Shown piece by piece: positions 53,108-64,000 of a stretch of DNA of 64,000 nucleotides. Source of the stretch: Lingula anatina (Eukaryota > Animalia > Brachiopoda); contig CM120642.1 of assembly GCA_051362555.1 (NCBI GenBank), forward strand, positions 22,940,001 to 23,004,000. The letters are read 5' to 3'. Under the pieces are notes generated by a model. The model saw only the letters and a program-made list of their open reading frames with translations, was not told the origin of the DNA and made no database searches. Position 1 is the stretch's first letter; each line of letters opens with the position of its first letter. The position numbers and the translations under genes are program-made.

Positions 53108-54803
53108 CCAATATCAAGTGGTGGCAGTATTAGCGAGGCAGAAAGTGTTTCTGACAGCACATCTGATTAATTATGTTTCTTACACATTTTTATTCTATAC
53201 AAGGTCTATATCACATACAAAATCATATGAAGTCCTTTTAGGTGATTTAATTTCATTGTCATACAGATTATTGGCCATAACTGTTGCTATGTATACTACA
53301 TTTTCATTCAGTTTTTAATTTTACCTTATCATTATTTTGGGACAATTTATACTAGTTTATTTTATGGTAAATGGAAACATTCCAAACAGCTATTAAGAGT
53401 GCTTTTACAAATGTTTTTTTTTTTTTTTTTTTACCGTAACAGCTTTTTGTTTTGCAATGGCGATGGCATGGATAGACAGAACAATCAGAATATATACAAG
53501 ACACCTACAGTGTCTGTATATAAAAATCCATATGGAGACCATTTCAATCTAGTTTTTGAAGGTATTAGCATAAGCATTAAAGAAGTTTATTTGTTACATT
53601 AAAGGCAGAGGTAAAATTATAAGCAGAAACAAACATATATAACCCTAAATTCACTTATCCAAAGCTAGCCCCACTTATTTCATTTTATTTCAGGCACCAC
53701 TGGGGTTTCTGGAAAGACCCATAAAGCCTGTATAGAAGAGATGCCATGGAAGAAACAGACCTCTGGGAAAACCAAAGCAGTGAGTCTTAGTAGTGAATTT
53801 TACTTCCACTTAAGTTTATGACAGTCAGTTTTAATAATAAATAATTACATTTTTTTTACTCATCATATATGAGAATTACAGCGATTACAGAGATTATTAC
53901 GATAAAAATTAAGTGCGAATATCCACTGGTCTTGAATCAGTCGATTCTGGACTTCACACCTGAACGCACCTGAGAAGACAACATCAAAAGTCCATCATCT
54001 TTTCAATAGTCTAACTATAAACTTGCCTTATAAACGGTCTGATAACTGAACTTGCCAGGAAACCTTCACCTTATTGCACATTGGGAGGTGGGAGGCCGAC
54101 GTACAGCATCAGCTGGAAGAAGGCAAGCAATGGCACATTCATGTATACAGGAGAATTTATGACAAATAACTGAGTGATAATGAGATTGAAAGAAGTGGCC
54201 AGGAGTGCGCTGACAAAATGAAGAGGGTAAAAACTCTACAGAAAAGCTAGAGATATGAACAGGTAAGTCAATCTGTTGCACTCCCATTGTGTATTGACTT
54301 AATTTTTTTTGCCTCACACATGGTACTTGTTCTGTTATTTGTGTGACACAGCAGTATATAAGCGGTGTCAGTGGCGGATAATTTAGACACACTTCTAGAC
54401 AAATGAATAAGGTCTCCAATAAAGCTGTCATGCTCCGAATTTTTTTCTGAAATGGAACAGATTTTCCAGATATTTCATTTTCTTTATTAACAGCTTGCCT
54501 GCAGTAAGCAGTGATGAATTGTTAGGACTGGAGTACCTGTTCAACCCGAGAGCACAGAGAACAATTGAAATTAAAGAGCTGGATGATGATGATGGATATG
54601 ACAGTGATTCACAGGATGCAGGCCCTGAAAGCATTACCACCATTCTTCCACCACATATTGTTTTGACTTGCAAAACTGCTGCCGAGGAGATAGAAACTAG
54701 TTTTGGAAATTTTTTAAGCCCTTTAGACAATTTCATTGATGATGTAAAAACTGCTATGAACCTAAAGGGCGATGAAAGACTGTCCCACATCCTGTATGCA
54801 GAT

Positions 54804-55352
54804 CAAGGTTCCCGTTAGAGCAATTTTTGTGCATCCCTGACACTGTTTTATCAAAACTGACCCCCAATTTAAATTGTCAAATGGACGCACATTTATTTAG
54901 TCCTCAGTATAACATTATCTACTTGTTTTTTGTAAATGTCAGTAAAGGTCAGAAAGTTCCATTAGTGACATTCTTTAAATGACCCTGGTCACCTACACTT
55001 TTCACATGATAAGGTCTGTCATTAATAGGGATCGTCTGGTGGTTTAGTTGTATGAACAGAATCCACACAAAATCGAGGAGCAGATGGAGAGGTTAATGAG
55101 AGGGGCCAAAACTGGAAGAGTTTAATTTTGGTGCTGCCCTTGCAAAATTTAAAGCTGACAAAAACAGAAGGAAGTAAAAAATAAACTGATAAAAATAACA
55201 CTTATGACTTTTGTTGTTTTTATTGCTTCTAACATTTATTTCAATGTTATTTCAAACATAAATTCTTGACCCCTAAATTTTGAAAATGACCCCTATTTTT
55301 AAAAAGTGGGGGTCAAAATGACCCTTATGTGCAAAATCTAGTTGAAACCCAG
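54804..55352. mobile_element. Possible hAT-like non-autonomous element
   Basis: Imperfect termini CAAGGTTCCCGTTAG / CTAGTTGAAACCCAG and repeated TGACCC motifs. Confidence 0.3.
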
Positions 55353-56540
55353 CATGACCTGGTATTGTTCTCAAACACAAGTGATGTCTTGCAAAATTCA
55401 TTGTCACACCTTGAAAAATAATGCAAAAATTGGCAACTCCATGTAAATGAGAAAAAGTGCAAAATAATAATATTCAATAAAGCTGGAAAAACAGACCTGC
55501 ACATAAAATTTACAATAAAACATCCTGGAAAACGTTAAGGAATATTCTTATCTGGGCATCACCTTCACCAATAAAGGTAACCTTAAGACAGCAATATTAA
55601 TGCACAACCTAAAACAAAAGCAATGAAGGCCATGTTTGCACTAAAAAGAACTTTATCCTCTCAAAACAGATCTACTCCAGTATTAAAAATAAAATTGTTT
55701 GATAGAACTGTTAAACCAATTTTACTATATGGTGGTGAGGTGTAGGCTCAGGAAATTGTAAAACAAAAATCACTGAACCTTAATTAAATCAACAACATGC
55801 TGTTTGAGCAAATTCACTTAAAGATTTGCAAATGGTTATTAGGAGTGCAAAAAAATTCCAGTAACAATGCCTGCAGAGCAGAACTGGGTAGATACCCAAT
55901 CCTTACAGATATAATTAAATCCGTGCAAAAATACTTCATCATACTTGAAAATTTCCCCAATACAAGAATATTGAAACAAACATTTAACAAAGAGAAACTC
56001 CTGAAAATAGATAATCAGACTAAAGTGGTGGCAACATTTAGACAGAAATGGGGAATTCTACATTGGGATGAAACATATGACCTAGAAAAAGAAATTACCT
56101 AAAAACTGAAGGTCTCTTTTGGGAAGATTTGAGCAAGGAAAACTAAAATAAACTGTGCACTTATAAAATACTAAAAACTCATATGATCTCAAAAAATACT
56201 TAAAAATTAATGCCACTAGCTCAGACAAGAATTCATTGCCGAAATGAGAATAAGTGACCATGAGTTGGTGATAGAGAAGGGCAGGCACATCAAAATCCCT
56301 CTGGAAGAAGGAACCTGCACACATTGTAAAACGGAAATAGAGGACGAGAAACATTTCTCCCTCACTTGCATCAAGTACCAAACAGAGCGACAAAGCATGT
56401 TCAATTCCCTCCCAAATACTGAGAGACAGAATTTTGAATTAGCAGGCAGTGATCAGAAACTATTTATCCTCCTAAACCTTCAAGATCATAAGTCACTTAA
56501 GGCAATATCGCAATATATTCAGTTAACAGCACAATGAATA
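55353..56540 (+). mobile_element. 5'-truncated L2/CR1-group (Daphne-like) LINE, degenerate
   Basis: YLGITF, KAMFAL, KLFDRTVKPILLYG, IHLKICKWLLGV...RAELGRYP, RISDHELVIEKGR...CTHC..IEDEKHF..C..Y...R. Confidence 0.85.
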
Positions 56541-57440
56541 AGCACCCATCGCATTAACTTTTAGCTTTGATAGATATTTGATCCTTTATCTTATCTTTAT
56601 CTATTATTTATATTTTTGATGTAAGCATAATATAGTATTAGAAGTAGCTTAGACAGCAAACATTGTTAAATCGTAACACTTAAAGCTTAATAATTATTAT
56701 TATTAACCCCCCACCAAAAAAAAAAAGCCCTCATACATTATTTAACATTACTCTTATAGCCAATGCCTGTATTTTAATTTTAAACTGTTTACTATAGGAC
56801 GTATGAAGTGCAAATTCAGTACATGGCTTTGAAAAAGTCGAGGCTCTCAACTGACACTGACTAATGCACAAAGAGATGCTGTGAGTGCTGCACGGAATGC
56901 TCTGAAAGAACATGATTACTAGTAGCTACCTCAGAAGTTTACCACTGCATACAAAGCTCTCTGGGGCAACACTCTATATGGTCGCACAAAAAGGGACAAC
57001 TTGCAAGAAGCAGGTAAAGTACTTAGTTACTTCAGCTTTCAGTTCAAATATATTCGACCGATCATTCATCATTTTTATTCTATAGAACATTGGCGTTTTT
57101 GTGTGTTTCTGAAAATTACGCACATGGGTACTTTATACAATGCCGATAATGCCAAGGCCTACCACCTGAAATGTAATTTAAAAATCTTTGAAATCTTATA
57201 TAAATGTATATATTATATATGTCATATGATACAGTGAATTTTCTTTAGAAACAATTTGTTCAATCGTATCAAAGGGTTGTCATAATTATTACCTTTTGAA
57301 AGACGTGAATTTTATCATCCCTACATAAAACCATAATGATAAGAAAACCTCTCATCTGGGTAAATTCCTTAGTTCCAGAAATTGATTTTATAAGCAATGT
57401 TAATATTTGCAAAATATTTTTTTTGTCTTTGTTTTCAGAT

Positions 57441-58370
57441 TCACTGCTTTGTACACCTGGTAGAGAAGGCCTGTCATAACTGGTTTGCAGTTCTATTCCT
57501 GCTCGAGGAATCTGTATGCCAGTTGAAAACCAAATTAGATGGTCTTCAAGAAATTTTCATTCGTTCCGATGCTGGGTGCTACCACTGTGGACCTATTACT
57601 ATGTCCATGCCAGATTTATCTGAACGAATTCAGCAATTGTTCGGCAATATGACTTTAGCATGGCAAAGGCAGGAAAGAGCTTATATGTGACAGGAAAATT
57701 GCTCCCCTTAAGAGCCTTATTAGACATTATGCTAATGAAGGACACGATGTCATTACAGCCAGCGACATGCACATGGCTCTGTCATCAGCTGGGGGGGGGG
57801 GGGGGGGGGGGGGGGGGGGTAAGGGGCTGCTATGCAGCTGTTGAAGAAATCAATAAAGATGCACAGTCTACTCAAAGGGTCACTTGGCCTGGAATCACCA
57901 CTTTTGGCAACTTTACTTATTCTGAAGAAGGGCACATTCAGTGTTGGAAAGCATACAGTGTAGGGGAGGGGGTTACTTTCAAAAAGGGAGCCCTTGACAA
58001 ATTTGGCAGAGCACAGGGGGCTACCAACTGCCACATTCTTACTGAATACACAACTCCTTTAGTTAGATCAGGGGTAACTGGTTGGAGATCTAGCCATGAT
58101 GTGGAATTCCAATGTCCTGAAGACAGCTGCATAAAAACCTTCAACTCCGACATGGAACTCAACCACACTGCTTTTGGCCACACTGGTTTTGTCCATGGAA
58201 ATTAGAACGGAAACTGTTTGTGACAGAATTAAGGTCAGATGGGCAGAAAAGTGGGGGGAAGTAAGAGTGCCTAGAGTTGTAGGAGTGACAGGTGCTGTGT
58301 CAGGTAGTTTAAGCTTAGAAAGTGTCCCTGTTGGTTGGGCACTGAGGCAAGCAAAGACAGCGAAGCATAG
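57441..58370 (+). pseudogene. Degenerate DDE transposase, probably Sola3-like
   Basis: IRSD(N)AGCYH, YDFS..KAGKS.CDRKIA, YANEGHDV, WKAYSVGEG, a C2H2-like CPEDSCIKTF and GWALRQ; frameshifts and a G-run at 57791-57819. The family name is from memory. Confidence 0.6.
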
Positions 58371-60544
58371 AATTAGCCAGCCAGCTGTGTGGCCGTGTTT
58401 TGCACGACCATTTTTCATGAAACAAGGTCAGTTTTTCAAATCACGGCCCACAATGAAGCTGTGTATTTTCAATACATTATTTACTCACGATATATAATAC
58501 ATGAAATCATGTTTAAAACGCACATCTTATTCAGTCATCTGAACCACTCAGGTTAACAAGAAACTCTTTTGAAAACAATTTTATACTCAATCACTGTGAA
58601 ATAGACGGAAAATGCAACAAATTCTATGGAGACCGGGCTTTTACTGTTTATGCTCCAAAATTGTGGAACAAATTGCCTTTTAGTATCAGAGCTAGAATTT
58701 TATGGTTAGTGTTCCTTTAAACCTTTTAGTTGTTTATCATTTATTAAGAGTGAGCTTGGGTTAATTTTAGTAGTATTTTAAAGTTATATCAATAAATTTT
58801 CTCTGCTTTCTTTAATTAATTTTATCAGTAAATGTTAAAGTATTTAAATATTGTTATTTTTAGACTTTTTAAATTATTTGTAAAGTGCATTGAAATGTAA
58901 AAAATGGAATGCGCTATATAAGAAATAAATATTATTATTATTATTATTAGAAAAAAATTGTTCCCTGGGTAAACAAAAAATGGCCATGTTTGGCTCAGTT
59001 CGGAAATAACGGCTGTGCGCATGCACGGGACAAGTTGTTGTCTCATGTTGAGCCCTACATAACAAAAGAGAACACAGTCATGCGGTCTTCAATCTCCGCC
59101 AGCGAAAGACTTTCCCTCACACTGCGTTTTCTTGCAACAGGTAAGTAGGTGGCCTACTATACTGTAGCCTGGCAAAATTATATTATATTATATCATACTC
59201 TTTTTTTAAGACTTCTTTTGACAATTAATTAGGCAGGGGCGTATTTATTACCATGAATTTTATACTAGGCCCCTATTGATAGCTAAAAATTAAAATATAA
59301 CAATAGGCTCATTTCACATTTTGTTGTAGACAGTGGTTGGGTTTCTATATTAACCAGTTTTTTTTAATTTAATCAAATTATTATAGCCTAATTAAGGCTA
59401 AATAACTGCAATTCTTCATTTAAACTAGTTTAGTTTCTCTTATCACAATCATACAAGGCTATTGGGCCTGCACTGTGTATTTCTTGACTTCTGTTTCAGG
59501 AGAATCCTTTCAGAGTCTGGCGATGCAGTATAGAGTTGGAGATCGAACAGTTTCCAATATTGTTGATGAGACTTGTCAGGCACTGTTCATTTCACTAAAA
59601 GATGAAACACTGAAGGTAGTTTTTATTACAATTTCTTTAATTAGATATCAATGCTTTAACATCTAAGAAAACATGGAACACTAAACAACAATTGACTTAG
59701 ATTAAAATTTGATGCAATAATACTTGACAAGTAGACTTAACAGCAAAATCAGTACCAAATGTTAACAAACAGAATAAAAAATAACTTTGCACAACAGGTA
59801 ACATGGTCTACTTCATAATATAATATAATATATATGCAGGGAAGAAAACAGCATAATGTAAACCACATTCTTACATGAATTTCTTACAATGTGTAAACCA
59901 CATTCTTACACGAATTTCTTACAATGCGTGAATGAAAATTACTTAACACTATGTCATACTTATTTATTGTACGTTTAGGTACAGAGACCTCCTAAATGTT
60001 ACTAAAACCCCTATTTACAGTGTTTGATGACATTATCTTACCTGCAACTGACATTGATAACTGGCACTGATACAAATTACATTGCTAAACAGGTTTAAAT
60101 ACATGTAAACAGGGCCCACTAAAATACTGCATAATTTTTCACAGATTTCCTTTTTAGTGGCTATTATTTATATATGTGAAATGAGGAAATCCACCAGTCA
60201 TTCATATTCTTAAACTATAGTTGTACATCTGTGTTGTAAGAATCTTGTTCATTAATCATCATTAAACAAATACAAGCTAAACTTTATATTCGGTATTCAA
60301 GGTCATTAAAGGGAAAAATACAGCATAGCTTCAATAAAAAAAAAAAAAAAAATAATGCACAAAGAAGTTCAGCTTGTATTTGTTTCTGAATATCTGTGTT
60401 ACATTGCAGAATTTGTTGTTAAGCATACTAGTAATGTATTATTAAAGCCCAAAAAGTGGTTATGAAAGGCCTTCAGGTCTTAATCTATTCACAGTCACAC
60501 CTTAAAATTGCCAATATTTGAAATATCAACATTTTACAAGAAAC

Positions 60545-60880
60545 AGTAAAACTTTTAGAAAATTGTCCAAACATGTCGATTTTCGAACTCGACCTTTATT
60601 TTATGAATATTGATCACTCCTGTAAATTTGAAGACAATAGATGATTGGTTTTTCTTTAAATATGTTATCAGTACTGCATATATGCTAAAAAAAAAAAAAA
60701 AGAGAGAAAAAACAGCATAACTTATAGGAAAATGGTCAGATCAAGCCAATTTTTTTAATTTGACCTGTGTCTTATGAATATTCATCAGTTCTGCAAGTTT
60801 AAAAACCAAACGTCAATTTTTTTCACTTATTGTGTAATCACTGAAAGTGCATTGGGATGAATGATGCAGGTGACTGCTAA
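60545..60880 (+). mobile_element. Diverged copy of the HINE-like family seen at 4291-6940
   Basis: Shares GATTTTCGAACT.GACCT, AAAACAGCATAACTT, ATGAATATTCATCAG, CTGAAAGTGCA and GCAGGTGA. Confidence 0.6.
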
Positions 60881-60898
60881 AAAGTGTCCTTGAGATAC

Positions 60899-61487
60899 TT
60901 ATAACAGAAAGAATGAGTCCACTTGAGATGTAGGGGTGCTGCTTCTGATACTTGGTGTCCCAGCACTTGTACTTGATGTATGAGAACTATTATGCACTTG
61001 GGAATGCCATATATTTGTGTATTGGTATCCCTGCTGTTGATATGGTTCTGGGACCTGTGACAACATCTGACTTTGGGGAACATTAAACTGACTATAGGAC
61101 AGTGTGCCTGACTGTGCTTGAAAGAGGATCTCATTTATTCTGTGTTGAGCCAAATAGCGAGTTTGTGCATCCAGCTCGGCCAAACTCTGTATGACATACT
61201 CTTCAAAACTTTCAGTGGGACTCTTTTTAGATTTCCTTTTTCTTAGCGGCTCTCTCTGAAAGTGACTGAGCCAGGCCTTTGATGAGCTGATATTCTTCAT
61301 CAGCCTGCCGTTTTCGTGCCCTATTATTAGGTGCCTTTATTTGCTGCTTTGTTGACTTCACTTGCTTTTTTATGCCACCCTCTTGTTGGTCAGAATCGTT
61401 GTCATCATCTCCATCTGCAACATCCACATCTAAAATTGATTCATCATCAAGTTCTGTGCCCTCATCTTCATTTGATTCCTGAGATGC
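60899..61487 (-). pseudogene. Last exon of the Harbinger partner gene (MADF/Myb-BESS-like), frameshifted
   Basis: Acceptor TTTTTTCAG ending at 61488; acidic linker, then FEEYVIQSLAELDAQTRYLAQHRINEILFQAQ (BESS-like) in a shifted frame. Confidence 0.65.
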
Positions 61488-64000
61488 CTGAAAAAAATAA
61501 GAGTCAAGTATTAAAAATTAAATGAATGTACTTTTTTTTTTCTAGATGCCAACATCACCTGAGGATTGGAGAAAGATAGCCAATGAGTTCTACCAGAGAT
61601 GGAATTAGCCATGCTGTGTAGGAGCAGTGGATGGAAAGCACATTGCCATTAAACAACCAGATGACAGTGGCTCCGAGTACTTTAATTACAAGCACTTCTT
61701 CAGTGTGATACTTTTAGCTGTAGTTAATGCTAATTATAAGTTCATTTATGTGGATGTTGGTGCACCAGGTAGAGCTGGTGATGCTGGAGTATTCAATGAG
61801 TCAACAATTAACAGGGCTTTGCTGGACAATTCAATCAACCTGCCACCCCCTGTGCCACTGGAAGGGATTGCAGAATCGAACCTTTCCTATCATTTAGTAG
61901 GAGATGATGCCTTTTCTCTACAAATGACCATGATGAAGCCCTACCCACATAGAAATTTGGACAAGAAGAAGAGAAATTTCAACTACCATCTCTCAAGGGT
62001 AAGACGTGTTGTTGAGAATTCATTTGGGATCCTGGGAAACAGGTTCAGAGTATTCCTAACTCCAATAAATTTGAATCCTGACAAGGTCACCAACCTAATT
62101 CTAGCTGCCTGTTGTTTACACAACTATATGGTCGACAAGAACAAGCACACATACCTAAATGTTCTTGATGTTGAAACTGGTGAAAGACACGAAATTGCAG
62201 GGGGAGTATGGAGATATGATAAACAGTTGATTGGAATACAACCTGCACAGGGTCGTAATGCAACAAATGATGCAAAAAGACAGAGAGAACTATTAACATC
62301 ATACTTTTCATCTGAATATGGCGCTGTTCCATGGCAAGAAAAATTATTGGGACTTGAGTGAATAAAGGACTTGAGTGAATAAAGGTTGAAACCAATTATT
62401 GTAAACAAGCATCACAAGGAGAATGTTATTTTGTAATTTGCAACTTCATGTTCAGTGAGTTAAATTTTTGAATTTGACCCTAAAGAATGTTTGTTTTGAA
62501 TGTGGTGTTTCTCCAAAAAACTTTCTGATTCACACATTGTTTGTTTTGAATGTGGTGTTTCTCCAAAAAAAACTTTCTGATTTATACATATACTTGTATC
62601 CTATTGGTTAAGGACTATTGTTATATCTATGTTTTGATATTCAAGCTTTTTTTTAAAAAATGTGAGACATGTTTGTATATACTGTCCATACTCCTATAAT
62701 AAACAATGGGTCAGAAGAATGAATTCTGTGCTTTTGAATGAAAAAAAAAATCTGTTGTACAGAAGTTGGAATACCATCTAGAATGGATAAATGCTGTTGC
62801 CTTGGTTATTAAAAATTAATAGTAGTTTTAAATATATTAGTTTGAAGGACTGATGTATCAATGGGAATACATAAATATCTAAGTATCATTTAGCATGTGT
62901 AAAATTAAGATGTATATGAACAGGCATAAGACTTTGATGAAAGTATGTGAATTACATTGGTTTTTGACAAGGTTGACAAATAATTTGCAAAGGAATGCAC
63001 AGTAAAAATTTTAATATTGAGATGTTGAACTTTTATATAATAGTTGAAAGTTACAAAGTTGCAGTTTTTGATGTTGAATTTTTATATTTAAATAATAGTT
63101 AATTTGAGTTCCAAGGTTGCTAGAAAGGTACGAGGTAAGTTGGCAATGTAACTTTTGATAACTTACAATGCTGTATATATTTTTGGTCTTGTACATATAT
63201 GAAAATGGGCATAAGAATATGATAAAAGTATATGTATGACATCTATTATGTACATGGAATGACTATTTGACAATGTTGGCACAAATAACTGGTAAACAAT
63301 ATGTTAGAAAAGCATCAGTTGCTTAAATGTGTAGTGTTCGTACCCTCAAGGCATAGCTGAAAGGGGCTTTCTGTTGATTTGAATGTAGCACATAAAGTAA
63401 TTGATATCGTGTGTGGAATCCTGCATAAATTCCACATTGTGTAGACACTGTTAATCAACATGTTATTATCTAATTTGCAGCTAACCTGTATACATAAATA
63501 TTATTTTCTGTAGAGGCCCATAGGTAGGCCTATGCCTGGGACAGATACATATCACCTGTTAATATTGCACAACAAATAGTATGTAAATAAGTAGCAGCCA
63601 CATGTACACATAGATTCCCTGTAGATAATCTGTGTATAACTTGAAGCTTGTCCATAATAAATACACTTTTTGATCTGAGACTGAAGATGTGAGGTGTTCT
63701 GTTATGCTTCTCTGTGCACGTAAAGTGGAAGACTGAGTCATGTCGGAGCCCATAGATTAGTTTATTCGTTAATGGAAATTGATACACTGAAATTCAGTAC
63801 AGTTATAAATTAAAGTTAAAGTCATTTTAGACGGTTCACAACAGTGTGCTAGAAATTTGGGGATTTATAGTTAAAGATGTTAATCTTCTCATCAGTTACA
63901 GAATAAAAATAATGCATCAGAGTCCATTTTTTTACTCAACATGACCCTTACTGTACTTGGTACCCCTGATTGTGAAACAGCAAATAGTGCAGGCATATTG

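Larger units (their letters stand above)
59035..62361 (+). pseudogene. PIF/Harbinger (HARBI1-like) transposase, 3 exons, 5'-truncated, one nonsense codon
   Basis: Exons ~59035-59140 (ERLSLTLRFLATG), 59500-59615 and 61546-62361; motifs AVDGKH, YFNYK, DAGVF, GDDAF, RRVVENSFG; in-frame TAG at 61606-61608. Confidence 0.88.

Noticed and set aside
54495-54818. 107-aa acidic ORF with a good acceptor (ELLGLEYLF)
   Set aside because: It may be a remnant exon of a DNA transposon, but I could not link it to other exons or name a family.
57791-57819. G-run as a G-quadruplex or poly-Gly tract
   Set aside because: It looks like slippage expansion of GG codons in a dead transposase, and homopolymer length is error-prone.
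63310-63790. Possible minus-strand exons near the window end
   Set aside because: Splice-like flanks are present, but there is no recognisable protein and no MADF motif.

Overview
AT-rich animal genomic DNA with spliceosomal introns; the repeat families suggest a mollusc or other lophotrochozoan, but this is inference. The left half is genic. It holds the 5' six exons of SCYL3 (minus strand, with a Gypsy LTR retrotransposon in its intron 6), a complete 7-exon uridine-cytidine kinase gene head-to-head with SCYL3, and two tandem DTX3L-like genes. Each DTX3L-like gene fuses a MacroD-type macrodomain to a RING-HC plus Deltex C-terminal (DTC) ligase module, so PARP9-like and DTX3L-like functions sit in one polypeptide. 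Each is preceded by a near-perfect NF-kB site, and the first also has an ISRE-like element. A U1 snRNA copy with a variant loop I follows. The right half is a transposon nest: an intact DIRS1-type tyrosine-recombinase retrotransposon, a decayed Ngaro-type element with identical split direct repeats, CACTA, Kolobok and Harbinger MITEs, LINE fragments, ISL2EU- and Sola3-like remnants, and a Harbinger whose two genes interleave. All calls come from manual reading and remembered motifs; no database search was run.
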